A stretch of 64,000 nt of DNA from an uncultured Methylomirabilota bacterium. GTDB taxonomy: Bacteria > Methylomirabilota > Methylomirabilia > Methylomirabilales > 2-02-FULL-66-22. Below, piece by piece: positions 10,053 to 19,519 of the stretch; the stretch's first letter is position 1; each line of letters begins with the position of its first letter. The translations under genes and the position numbers were made by a program. The DNA lies in the NCBI GenBank assembly GCA_963845565.1, contig CAWJSJ010000003.1, positions 64,001 to 128,000 of the forward strand, in the 5' to 3' direction. The notes under the pieces were generated by a model. It searched no databases. It saw nothing but the letters and a program-made list of their open reading frames with translations, and was not told where the DNA came from.

Positions 10053-10703
10053 CTACCGGCCCGCCGGCACCTTCTTCCAGTCTGCCAGGAACCGCTCGAG
10101 CCCCGCGTCCGTGAGCGGATGCTTGAGGAGCTGCCGGAGCACGGCCGGCGGCAGCGTCGAGACGTGCGCCCCCGCGAGGGCCGCCTCGAGGAAATGGACC
10201 GGCGTCCGCAGGCTGGCCGCCAGGACCTGGGTCCCGTAGCCGTAGTTTTCGTAGATGGTCAGGATCTGGCGCACCAGGTCCATCCCGACGTGACTGATGT
10301 CGTCCAGCCGCCCGACGAAGGGGCTGATGTACGACGCGCCCGCCTTGGCAGCCAGGAGGGCCTGGGGCGCCGAAAAACAGAGGGTCACGTTGGTCCGGAT
10401 CCCCTCGGCGTGGAGCAGCCGGACGGCCTTCAGCCCTTCCGCGATGAGGGGAATTTTCACGACCACGTTCTTGTGGAGCTTCGCCAGTTCCCGCCCCTCG
10501 GCCACCATTCCCGGTGCGTCGGTGCTCACCACCTCCAAATTGATCGGCCCGTCCACGACCGTGAGGATCTCCGCCACGATGTCCCGGAAGGGCCGCCCTT
10601 CCTTGGCAATCAGCGACGGATTGGTGGTGACGCCGTCCACCAGCCCCAAGGCCGCCATCTCCCGAATCTCCTTCACGTCCGCGGTATCCAGGAAGATTTG
10701 CAC
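10053..10703 (-). CDS. tal: Transaldolase / fructose-6-phosphate aldolase family protein
   Basis: [28 protein letters not shown] and LAAS motifs; GTG start after AGGAGG. Confidence 0.93.
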   Translation of the reverse strand: MQIFLDTADVKEIREMAALGLVDGVTTNPSLIAKEGRPFRDIVAEILTVVDGPINLEVVSTDAPGMVAEGRELAKLHKNVVVKIPLIAEGLKAVRLLHAEGIRTNVTLCFSAPQALLAAKAGASYISPFVGRLDDISHVGMDLVRQILTIYENYGYGTQVLAASLRTPVHFLEAALAGAHVSTLPPAVLRQLLKHPLTDAGLERFLADWKKVPAGR

Positions 10704-10794
10704 GGCACACCTCCTTTTGTCCGGCGGCGGGATCCGTTGGCGGCCTCCCGCGCGACCGGCCCTGCCAGATCCGACACGCGCCCCGCGTCTCGTC

Positions 10795-11478
10795 TCACCC
10801 CCGCGAGCCGAAGATCGCCGTTCCGATCCGGACCAGCGTGGCTCCCTCCTCGATGGCCACCTCGAAATCATGGGTCATGCCCATGGAGAGGTCGGGAAGG
10901 GCCCATCCCTCGGACTCCAGCCGGTCGCGCAGGTCGCGCAAACGGCGGAAGAACGGCCGCGCCGACTCAGGATCGGGCAGGAACGGCGGGATGGTCATGA
11001 GCCCCTGGACGGACAGCTGGGGCAGCCCCCGGGTCGCCTCGAGCAGCGGTCGGACGTCGGCGGCGGCGGCCCCGCTCTTCTGCGCCTCCTCCCCGACGTT
11101 GACCTGCACCAGGCAGCGCAGCCGCCGCCCCGCCTCCTCGGCGTGCCGTCCGAGTTCCTCGGCCAGCCGCACCGAGTCCAGCGAATGGATGCAGTCGAAG
11201 AGCGCGACTGCCAGCTTGGCCTTGTTCGTCTGCAGATGGCCGATCAGATGCCACTCGGCCACACCGCAGACCGCCTCGACCTTCTCGCGCGCTTCCTGCA
11301 CGCGGTTTTCCCCCAGGATCTTCACGCCGGCCGCCACGGCCTCGTGAACCGCCGCCACGGGCATCGTCTTGCTTACGGCCACCAGGGTCACGGCGGAGCT
11401 CGGCCGGCCGCTCCGGGCCGCCGCCGCCTCGATCCGGCGGGACACCGCCGCCAACCGCTCCCGAATCCCCTCGACCAT
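10795..11478 (-). CDS. yggS: PLP homeostasis protein (YggS family)
   Basis: [32 protein letters not shown] and RIGTAIFG motifs. Confidence 0.95.
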   Translation of the reverse strand: MVEGIRERLAAVSRRIEAAAARSGRPSSAVTLVAVSKTMPVAAVHEAVAAGVKILGENRVQEAREKVEAVCGVAEWHLIGHLQTNKAKLAVALFDCIHSLDSVRLAEELGRHAEEAGRRLRCLVQVNVGEEAQKSGAAAADVRPLLEATRGLPQLSVQGLMTIPPFLPDPESARPFFRRLRDLRDRLESEGWALPDLSMGMTHDFEVAIEEGATLVRIGTAIFGSRG

Positions 11479-11564
11479 GCGATCCCCCGTCGTGCGCGCC
11501 CACACGCCCCACCGCGCCATCCGAGCGCGGGGTCGTCCCGTTCGCGGGTCGGAATTCGTGCCGA

Positions 11565-11891
11565 TTACCCGTGCGCCGGCTTGGGCGCCATGACGACGAG
11601 CACCGTCACCGGCTCGGCGGTTCGGTTGGCAACACCGTGCACGCACCCGGCCGGCGCCAGGACCGCGACCCCGGGGCCCACCTCGGCCTCTTCTGCGCCC
11701 ACCCGGATCGTGGCAGAGCCGCTCTGCACGTAGTAGACCTTGTCCGAGCCGGCGTGGGCGTGCACCCGCTGAGCTTGTCCGGGGGCAAGGCAGTACAGGT
11801 CGCAGAAGAAGTGCGGGCTCTCGAACAGTGCGACCTTCAGCATCCTGTCGTCCGCGAACCGCGCCTGGTGCGCGATCGTCACCTGCTGCAT
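11565..11891 (-). CDS. Cupin domain protein
   Basis: HAH..SDKVYYV..G and PAG..HG cupin motifs. Confidence 0.85.
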   Translation of the reverse strand: MQQVTIAHQARFADDRMLKVALFESPHFFCDLYCLAPGQAQRVHAHAGSDKVYYVQSGSATIRVGAEEAEVGPGVAVLAPAGCVHGVANRTAEPVTVLVVMAPKPAHG

Positions 11892-11925
11892 GGCCTGGCG
11901 CTCCTCCCCGGCCGAGCCGGATCGG

Positions 11926-12831
11926 TTACTCTGCTCCGCCGTCTCCCTGCTGCCGGCGCAGGAATTGCTCGGCCTCGCGAATCAGGTCGGCGGCGCTGGG
12001 CAATTCGTCGGCGGCCGGCTCGTCCGCCGGATCGGCCTGCGCCTGTCGCTCCTCGAGTTCCCGCACATATTTCTCGACTTCCGGTTTCTGCGCCAGGATG
12101 CGGGCAAGCTGCCGATCGAACTCCGCCGCCGCCTCGGTCAGTTCGGACAGGTCCGCCGGCCACTCCAGGAAGTCGAGGACGCGCCGCACCAGAGCCAGCA
12201 CCGCGTGGGGGTTGCTGACCTCCGAGATGTAATGCGGGACGTTGGCCCACAGGCTGACGGCAGGCATGTCGGCACGGCGGCAGGCGTCGTTCAACACGCC
12301 GAGGATCCCGGTGGGCCCTTCGTACCGCGTGGCGGTCGTCTGGAATCGTGCACGCAGTTCGGGATCGCTGGCCACGCCCGAGATCCGGGTCGGGCGCGTG
12401 TGAGGGACATCGGCCAAGAGCGCCCCCAGCGTGATGACCAGCGACACCTGGGCGCGGCGGGCGAGATCCAGGATGTGCCCGCAGAAGGTCTGCCATTTCA
12501 GATGCGGCTCGATCCCCACGCCGACGATGACATCCCGGGCCAACGCCGGTTCGTCGCTCCGGACGAAGTCGGTCGTCGGCCAGTGGACGTCCCGGATGCC
12601 CGAGGCGTCCTTTCGGAATCGGACTTCGGGCCGGGTGAGGCCGAAATGATAGAACTCCTCCGGCTCGATCACGGCCAGGGGCTTCGACGGCCAGGTCCGG
12701 GACAGGACGCGCGCCGCCGAGGTCGCGCTCTCTGCGGCGTCGTTCCAGCCCGAGAACGCCACCACCAACACCGGCCGGCGCCAATCGGGCGGCACACCCT
12801 GCATGCGAAGCGGCGACGAGGCGTCTGGCAT
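11926..12831 (-). CDS. PAC2 (proteasome assembly chaperone) family protein
   Basis: AFSGWNDAAESA, EP...W..F, LGALLADVPHTRP, YEGPTGI and LWANVPHY motifs. Confidence 0.9.
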   Translation of the reverse strand: MPDASSPLRMQGVPPDWRRPVLVVAFSGWNDAAESATSAARVLSRTWPSKPLAVIEPEEFYHFGLTRPEVRFRKDASGIRDVHWPTTDFVRSDEPALARDVIVGVGIEPHLKWQTFCGHILDLARRAQVSLVITLGALLADVPHTRPTRISGVASDPELRARFQTTATRYEGPTGILGVLNDACRRADMPAVSLWANVPHYISEVSNPHAVLALVRRVLDFLEWPADLSELTEAAAEFDRQLARILAQKPEVEKYVRELEERQAQADPADEPAADELPSAADLIREAEQFLRRQQGDGGAE

Positions 12832-12989
12832 GAGCGTGATCCCTTCTCCCGGGTCGTTATGCGGGCGGGGCGGCGGATGGCTCGCCCGGTGATTGGCGCC
12901 GCCCCGGCGAGCACGCCCTCCGTGCACGTCTGGTGGCCTGCAGGGCGCGCGGACGCGCGACATGACGCGTCAGGTACCGGACACCGCCG

Positions 12990-13298
12990 TCAGTCCAGAT
13001 CGATGTCCCGGATCGGCTTGCTGAGCGGAACGTCCTTTGTCCGCTTGAGCGCGTCCTGGAATTTCTTATCCAGCAGGTCCTTTTTGCTCTTTTGGAGCTT
13101 CAGCGACTCTTCGAACCGCGCCTGACGCTGAGCCGCCTCCGCCTTCAGACCTTTCACCGCGTCGGTGAGATCCTTGATGGACCGCTCCTCCGGCGGCAGT
13201 TCGTGGGAGAGGACCGCCCGCATCTCCGGATCCACGCGGAGCTTGGCCTGGCAGCACGGGCACAACACTTCGAAGGGTTCCTGCGGTTCCTGACTCAT
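12990..13298 (-). CDS. Small hypothetical protein with N-terminal CPCC Zn-ribbon and coiled coil
   Basis: CPCCQAKLRVDP motif; GGAGG RBS; ends RDIDLD. Confidence 0.8.
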   Translation of the reverse strand: MSQEPQEPFEVLCPCCQAKLRVDPEMRAVLSHELPPEERSIKDLTDAVKGLKAEAAQRQARFEESLKLQKSKKDLLDKKFQDALKRTKDVPLSKPIRDIDLD

Positions 13299-13433
13299 AC
13301 GACCTCCACGGCGTTCCAGATGTTTGTATCAGGTGGAGTCGGGGAGATCAAGTGCGAAGCGCGGAAACGCGGACACGGCCGGGGCACACCGTTGCCCCTG
13401 GCGCGCGCGTCGGACGGACGGCGGGCGGACCGG

Positions 13434-13865
13434 CTACTTCCCGGAGAACCGGTATTCGAAATCCTTAAGGAGTCCCTGGCTATCGAAGCGGACGGTCAAC
13501 ATCTCGACGCGCTCCGTGGTGCGCGTGAACCAGCCCGAGGTCCGGTCGCGATGGTAAATGAACGTCTCGATCCCGGGCGAGAACACGACTTCTTGCGGCA
13601 CCCCGAACCGCTCGCGCACCTCCGCCTTCGTCGTCTTCCCCTGGACCAGGTCCTTCAGCCTCTCCTCGTCGGCAATGCGGGCCCCGGCCTCGCGGAGCGA
13701 CGGGCGCGCCGGTGGCGGTGGGGCCGGCGCGGCGGCCGGGGCCGCTTGCCCGCCGGCCGACGGGTCGGCCGTCGTGGTTCGGGAAAACATTCCACACCCG
13801 CCGATCAGGATCACACCCACGATGAGGGCCGGCACCGTCGCACAGGTCCAACGGACATCCCGCAT
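13434..13865 (-). CDS. SmpA/BamE-like outer-membrane lipoprotein
   Basis: Lipobox IGG-C; GKTTKAEV...FG.P pattern; LTVRFD..G C-terminus. Confidence 0.75.
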   Translation of the reverse strand: MRDVRWTCATVPALIVGVILIGGCGMFSRTTTADPSAGGQAAPAAAPAPPPPARPSLREAGARIADEERLKDLVQGKTTKAEVRERFGVPQEVVFSPGIETFIYHRDRTSGWFTRTTERVEMLTVRFDSQGLLKDFEYRFSGK

Positions 13866-14139
13866 GCGAACCACCTCTTCCTCCTCCTTCGTGTCACCTT
13901 CGCACCAGGCCCGCCGCCCCATCCGCGGCGGTTGGCGTCGGGAAACGCAGGCAATCTAAGCCAGGCACCTGCCATCCGTCAACCGTTTTCCCCTCCGAGC
14001 GGTCCACCCCCGCCGCCACCACGTAGTATTCGTGCACACGACTCGCGAATCCAGCGGGAACACCAACCCAGCGGCGGCGCATCGCCTTGGCACCTCAACC
14101 GGGATTCGTACTCTGGTGGTGTTTTGCGCCCCAACCTGT

Positions 14140-14528
14140 GTTAGGCATCCCTGATGCCGATGCGCGGGCGACGCTGGGCAGCCTGCTCACGACCGCGGGA
14201 CACACGGTGTGGCAGGCAGAGGGTGGGGCGGCGGGTGTGTCGCTCTCTTCCGCACGAGGGTCGTGGAAGCGGTCCTGACCGATTTGGGGATGCCCGAGGT
14301 CAGCGGGTGGGAGGTGGCGCGCGCCGTCAAGGCCGAACGCGCGCACATTCCGGTCATTCTCTTGACCGGTTGGGGGGACAACCACCGATCGAGCCCACCG
14401 AGCGGGGCCTCGTGGATCGGGTACTCGGCAAGCCGTGCCGGATCCAGGACATCCAGGCGGCCCTCCGGGACCTGGTCCGCACCCCGTCACCGGCCGCCCG
14501 CCACGATTCGCCGCCCGATGTGCCCTGA
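14140..14528 (+). pseudogene. Degenerate response-regulator receiver domain
   Basis: Fragments in several frames (DADARATLGSLLTTAGH..AEGGAAG / VLTDLGMPEVSGWEVARAVK..IPVILLTGWG / DRVLGKP) resemble the REC domain at 25640-25990. Confidence 0.7.
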
Positions 14529-14563
14529 GGCGGCCTACCTCGCCACACCGCTGCACGCGAGCC

Positions 14564-15070
14564 TCAGGAGATGCGGTTTCGCCTCCGGTAGGCCGCCGGG
14601 CTCTCGTACCGCTCCTGTGCCCACATGCCGGCGCGTTCCCGCTGCGCCCAACGTTCGGCATCGCCCAGGTCGCGGCAATACGCTTGACAGCGCGTGCCGC
14701 GGTACACTTCCGCGAAACCGGCCCGGACCATCTCCACGTTGACGTTGGCGCCGTCGTGCCAGAGCACGGCCAGGATCCGCCGGTAGACGTCCGGCCCGAA
14801 AAGCTCGACCCGAACCTGCCGGTTGAGAACCAGACGGGCAAGATACCGACCCGCCTCCAGCCCGAACGGTTGTCCCGGCTTCCCACGGTGCGGGGTCTCC
14901 GGTGCATCGATTCCCAGGAGCCGGACACGCAGCACCGTGGCGTTCTCCGAGGTCGCCATCAGCGTATCCCCGTCCGCCACCCGCTCGACCGTGGCCAAGA
15001 TTCCGCGGGGAGGTGCGGCCTGCGCCGCCGTCGCCAGCAGCACCAGAGCCGCCGCTGCCAGCCACCACAT
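14564..15070 (-). CDS. Secreted thermonuclease (SNase-like) family protein
   Basis: Signal peptide; DGDT, VRLLGIDAPE, D.Y.R.LA and NVEMVRAG.A motifs. Confidence 0.92.
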   Translation of the reverse strand: MWWLAAAALVLLATAAQAAPPRGILATVERVADGDTLMATSENATVLRVRLLGIDAPETPHRGKPGQPFGLEAGRYLARLVLNRQVRVELFGPDVYRRILAVLWHDGANVNVEMVRAGFAEVYRGTRCQAYCRDLGDAERWAQRERAGMWAQERYESPAAYRRRNRIS

Positions 15071-15233
15071 CCCCCGCCGGATCCTCTCGGCGATGCCGGA
15101 AGATTTCGGTCGCGACCACGCAATGGAAACGGCGCGGCTGGTCAGCGTCGCACCACGGTACTCCGGGCGGGTGTCATCCGAGTTGCGTCCTTCCTTGGGT
15201 ATCGCGGGCGTCCCGCGGTCGATGGTCGGCCGG

Positions 15234-16073
15234 TTACCTCGCCCACCGCGCGGCTCTCTCCAAGAGCCGCGTGCGCCCGGCCGGGGACAGACCGAGGCGG
15301 TCGATCTCGGCCTGGAGCTGTTCGCGGCTGCCGTATCCGGCCAGGTAGCCGTTCACCCGGGCCGCGGCCGTGGAGCCGACGAGGTCCGCCTCCGCCGGAT
15401 AGATCGCCGTGAACTCCTGCAACAGGTCCCGTGCCTGCCGCAGCGAATATTTCTGGTGATAATCCTCCGCCATCGTGAAACGGGTGGCCGGGAGAATCTC
15501 CGTGAAGACCGCGGATCCGAGCGCGGCCGCCACCCTGTCTTTGGCGGCGTTCGCAAGAATGCGCTGCTGTTCGTCGTGATAGAAGACGACCGGCCGATAC
15601 TGCCGTGACCAGGTGCGGCTGGTCGGGCTGTGTTCCTTCCAGAAGACCTCCAGGAGCTCGGCGTACCCGACCCGGGAAGGGTCGAAGTCCACCTGCAGTG
15701 TTTCGGTGTGATCCCCGAGATTGTGGTACGTCGGTGCGCTGGTCGTTCCGCCGGCATACCCGACGCGCGTACGAATGACCCCCGTGATGCTCCCGAACCG
15801 GGCATCTGGTCCCCAGAATCACCCCAGGGCGAAGGTGGCTGTCTGGACGCCCGCCGGCCGCTCCTCATCCAGAGGCGGCCGCGTCGCGACGGTCCGATTC
15901 GCCATCGCCATTCCCATGGCCTGCTCCTTCCGGGATCGCTCGGCGCTGTCCGCGCCGAAGACCCCGCCGAACGTGACGCACGCCCAGATCGCCCCAACGG
16001 CCGTCACCGTCAGGCCGACCCAGATCCCCCGCCGCCTCCAGCGCGTCCAATCCAATATTCCGTCCCCGGCCAT
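15234..16073 (-). CDS. msrA: Selenocysteine-containing peptide-methionine (S)-S-oxide reductase with N-terminal TM/signal segment
   Basis: ORFs 15819..16073 and 15234..15692 are in one frame, joined across TGA at 15819-15821: TATFALG-U-FWGPDARFG...RTRVGYAGG...PTY..LGDHTE...AEDYHQKY. GGAGG RBS upstream of 16073. Confidence 0.9.
15786..15806 (-). promoter_or_regulatory. Putative bacterial SECIS hairpin
   Basis: GATGC-CCG-[GTT]-CGG-GA-GCATC; loop starts with G, about 20 nt 3' of the UGA. Confidence 0.7.
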
Positions 16074-16313
16074 TTGACATTCCTCCCCAAACGATCATGG
16101 GGCCTTTAGGACGCGCGGTCAAGTGTCGCGTGCCTGCGTGCCGGTTTGGTGTGCGCGCCAGGACCGTCACGGTCTTCCGCCGTCCGTTCGTGTTGACCCG
16201 ACGCCCGGAAGAGGCTATAACGCATCGCGACTGCAACGACGGCACCCTGACGTGGCTCGGACCACCTCGTGTAACCCGGGCCCTCGACCCACCCACCCAA
16301 GAAAGGAGTCCGC

Positions 16314-16889
16314 ATGAAGGTCGTGGCGTTCAATGGCAGTGCCCGGCTGGACGGGAACACCGCCATCCTGCTGAAGACCGTCCTCACGGAACTGGAGCGG
16401 GACGGCATCCAGACGGAGCTCATCCAGCTCGCGCAGGAGCACCTGCGGGGCTGCGGCGCGTGTTTTCGGTGCTTCAAGCAGAAGGACCAGCGCTGTTCCA
16501 TCGACAGCGATCCGATCAATGCGTATATCGCCAAGATGGCCGCGGCCGACGGCATTCTGCTCGGTTCGCCGGTCTATTTCGCCGATGTGACGGCCAATAC
16601 CAAAGCCCTCATCGAGCGGTGCGGGATGGTCGCGCGCGCCAACGGCGACCTCTATCAGCGCAAGGTCGGCGCCGGCGTGGTGGCCGTCCGGCGTGGCGGT
16701 GCCATCCACGCCTTTAATAGTCTGAACCACTTCTTCACCATCGGGCAGATGGTGATCGTCGGGTCCAGCTACTGGAACATCGGGATCGGCCGGGAGGTGG
16801 GGGCTGTCTCCTCGGACGAGGAAGGCATCAAGACCATGCAGCGGCTCGGTCAGAACATGGCGTGGGTTCTCAAGAAGCTGCAGGGGTGA
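16314..16889 (+). CDS. Flavodoxin family / iron-sulfur flavoprotein
   Basis: FNGSAR..GNT, CxxCxxC...C and GSPVYF motifs; AAGGAG RBS. Confidence 0.92.
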   Translation: MKVVAFNGSARLDGNTAILLKTVLTELERDGIQTELIQLAQEHLRGCGACFRCFKQKDQRCSIDSDPINAYIAKMAAADGILLGSPVYFADVTANTKALIERCGMVARANGDLYQRKVGAGVVAVRRGGAIHAFNSLNHFFTIGQMVIVGSSYWNIGIGREVGAVSSDEEGIKTMQRLGQNMAWVLKKLQG

Positions 16890-16987
16890 GCCGGCGAAAT
16901 GGATCGGCGGTCAGGATGGGTGCGGTGTCACCGCGTACCGGCAACGCCTGATCCGTTCCGGACCCCAGATCTCAAAGGTTCTTATTG

Positions 16988-17030
16988 AGCCCGCACGATT
17001 CGCGAGCTGTGTTCGCGAATCGTGCGGGCT
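16988..17030. repeat. 18-bp perfect inverted repeat (REP-like; may act as a bidirectional terminator)
   Basis: AGCCCGCACGATTCGCGA-7 nt-TCGCGAATCGTGCGGGCT between convergent genes; overlaps the kduI TAG. Confidence 0.85.
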
Positions 17031-17859
17031 AGCGCAGCGCCCCGACCTGGACGCCGTCCATGTCGTCGAACGTCTGATTCTCGCCGCCCATGGCCCAGCA
17101 GAACGTGTACCGGCGCGTGGCGGTCGCGCAGTGGATGGACCAGGCGGGCGAGATCACCACCTGACGGTCCGCCACCACCAGGTGCCGGGTCTCGTCGGGC
17201 CGCCCCATGAAGTGGAACACCCGCGCGTCCGGCGCGACGTCGAAATACATGTACACCTCGGAGCGGCGGGTGTGGGTGTGCGGCGGCATCGTGTTCCAAA
17301 CGCTGCCTTCTTCCAGGACCGTGAACCCCATCACCAGCTGACAGCTCTTGATCCCGTCGGGGTGGATGTACTTGTGGATCGTGCGGCGGTTGCACTCGGC
17401 CTGCGATCCCAGCTGGACCTTGGCGCAATCGGCCCGCCTGGCCAACGTGGTCGGGAACGCGGCGTGGGCGGGGTAGCTGGCCAGATAGAACTGCGCCGGC
17501 TGCTTGGCGTCGTCGCTCGCCAACGCGATCTCACGACTTCCCCGCCCGACATACAGCGCATCCAGCGGGCCCATCCCGTGCGTCACCCCATCCACGCGCA
17601 CCGTGCCGTTCCCCCCGATGTTCAGGATGCCCAGCTCGCGCCGCTGACAGAAGAAGGCGGCGCGGAGTTCCTCCGCCGCCGAGAGAGCCAGAGGCGCTGC
17701 CAGCGGGACGGCCGAGCCGACCACCGCACGGTCCGCCTCGCAATACACCAGCCGCGTCTCCCCCGCCGCAAACAAGGATGCCACCAGGAACGTGTCCCGC
17801 AACTCGGCAGCGCTCATCGTGGCGTACCGCACACCATCTGCAAGATACCGCGTCTCCAT
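17029..17859 (-). CDS. kduI: 5-dehydro-4-deoxy-D-glucuronate isomerase
   Basis: RRELGILNIGG, SCQLVMG.T, WNTMPPHTH.RRSEVY.YF and WAMGGENQ motifs. Confidence 0.95.
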   Translation of the reverse strand: METRYLADGVRYATMSAAELRDTFLVASLFAAGETRLVYCEADRAVVGSAVPLAAPLALSAAEELRAAFFCQRRELGILNIGGNGTVRVDGVTHGMGPLDALYVGRGSREIALASDDAKQPAQFYLASYPAHAAFPTTLARRADCAKVQLGSQAECNRRTIHKYIHPDGIKSCQLVMGFTVLEEGSVWNTMPPHTHTRRSEVYMYFDVAPDARVFHFMGRPDETRHLVVADRQVVISPAWSIHCATATRRYTFCWAMGGENQTFDDMDGVQVGALR

Positions 17860-17914
17860 GCGCCTCGCTCCTTTTCCGGATGATACACACAAAGGGGTTC
17901 GTGGTGGATCCGCC

Positions 17915-18019
17915 TTAGGAGCCGTTACGAAATAACCTATACATCTCGTTCTATTTCGTTACGGCTCCTTATGCCGTTTCGGAATGTCTCCGCTCAACTA
18001 ATTCTTTGACAACGGCTTA
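17915..18019 (-). repeat. ~105 bp bipartite element, copy 2
   Basis: Reverse complement of copy 1; bounded by TTA at both ends. Confidence 0.92.
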
Positions 18020-18052
18020 CCGCACGAACGGTACCTTAGACCTGCGGATGCG

Positions 18053-19510
18053 TCAACCCCGCCGGCCTCCGGACCCAGCGGCGGGGTCACCGGGGCTTGA
18101 GGACCCTGCGCGCGAGCCACGCGCCCGCAGCGCCGCCAGCAGCTTCTCGTGGATGTCGTCGAAGGCGCCGTTGGACATGATCAGCACTACGGTATCCCGC
18201 GCCGGTCGGTCGGCGAGCGCCCGTACCACCTCCGCGGCGTTCGGGTACAGCGCCGCCGCCTGCCCGCTCTGCCGCAGGGCCGCGACCAATGCCGCGGAGT
18301 CGAACCGCTCCCCCTCCGGGATCCTCTCCGCGTCGAACGGCGGGACCACGATCACCTCGTCGGCCGCGGCGAACGCCCCGGGGTAGGCTTCCTGAAAATA
18401 TCTCCGCCGGCTCGTGGCGGTCCGCGGCTCGAACACGGCCACGAGGTGGGCGCGGGGATACCGCGCCCGGGCCGCCCGTACGGTCTCCCGGACCTTGGTG
18501 GGATGATGGGCGAAGTCGTCGATGACCGTCACGCCGTCCACCGCCCCCCGCACCTGCATCCGACGCGCGACGCCCGCGAAACCGGCCAGGCACGCGGCGG
18601 CCCGCGCGGGATCCAGACCCACGGCCTCCGCCGCGGCCAGCGCCCCGAGCGTGTTGGCCACGTTGTGGCGCCCAGCCAGCGAGAGATGCACCGTCCCGAG
18701 GTCGCGCCCCGCGCGGTGGAGCACGAAGCGCGTCGCGTCCGCTCCGGGCCGGATATCCGTGGCCCGCCACACTGCGCCAGGATTCAAACCGTACGAGACG
18801 ACCCGACACGGCGCCCCGCTCGCCAGGGCGGTCACCTCCGGGTCGTCGGCACAGGCGACCAGCAGGCCGTCGGCCGGCAGCAACGAGAGGAGCGTCGCGA
18901 AGGCAGCGCGGTAGGCTTCCATGTCCCGGTAGATGTCGGCGTGATCGAATTCCACCGCCGTCAGCACCACGATCGTCGGACGGTAGTGGACGAACTTGGG
19001 TCGCTTGTCGAAGAAGGCGGTGTCGTACTCGTCCCCCTCGACCACGAACACCCCGCCCTGGCCGAGGTGGAAGCTCTTGCCGAAGTTCTGCGGAATCCCT
19101 CCCACCAGGAAGGACGGATCGAACCCCGCCTCCATCAGCAGGTACGACAGCAGCGCCGCCGTGGTGGTCTTGCCGTGGGTCCCCGCCACCACCACCGACG
19201 ACTTGCCCGCGATGAAGAACTCCGACAGCGCCTGCGGGAAACTCATCACGCGAAAGCCCCGCTGCAGCGCGGCCTGCGCCTCGGGGTTGTCTTTGCGACA
19301 CACGTTGCCCACGATCACCAGATCGGTGTCGGGATCGATGTGCGCCGGATCGAAGCCCTGCCGGGTGGGAATCCCCCAGGCTTGCAGTCGTTCAGCCATG
19401 GGCGGATAGAATGCCCGGTCGGATCCGGTCACCTCGTGTCCGGCCTCCTTGAGGAGCCCGGCCATCGCCCCCATGCCCGTGCCGCAGATGGCCACCATGT
19501 GCACCTTCAT
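18053..19510 (-). CDS. mpl: UDP-MurNAc:L-Ala-gamma-D-Glu-meso-DAP ligase
   Basis: ICGTGMG, AGTHGKTTT, EGDEYDTAFFDKRPKF, DDFAHHP, FEPR and MSNG.F motifs. Confidence 0.92.
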   Translation of the reverse strand: MKVHMVAICGTGMGAMAGLLKEAGHEVTGSDRAFYPPMAERLQAWGIPTRQGFDPAHIDPDTDLVIVGNVCRKDNPEAQAALQRGFRVMSFPQALSEFFIAGKSSVVVAGTHGKTTTAALLSYLLMEAGFDPSFLVGGIPQNFGKSFHLGQGGVFVVEGDEYDTAFFDKRPKFVHYRPTIVVLTAVEFDHADIYRDMEAYRAAFATLLSLLPADGLLVACADDPEVTALASGAPCRVVSYGLNPGAVWRATDIRPGADATRFVLHRAGRDLGTVHLSLAGRHNVANTLGALAAAEAVGLDPARAAACLAGFAGVARRMQVRGAVDGVTVIDDFAHHPTKVRETVRAARARYPRAHLVAVFEPRTATSRRRYFQEAYPGAFAAADEVIVVPPFDAERIPEGERFDSAALVAALRQSGQAAALYPNAAEVVRALADRPARDTVVLIMSNGAFDDIHEKLLAALRARGSRAGSSSPGDPAAGSGGRRG

Positions 19511-19519
19511 CCTGTCCCC

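Noticed and set aside
15819..16073. Separate 84-aa gene followed by a truncated msrA
   Set aside because: The TGA falls exactly at the catalytic Cys in frame and is followed by a SECIS-like hairpin, so one selenoprotein gene explains it better
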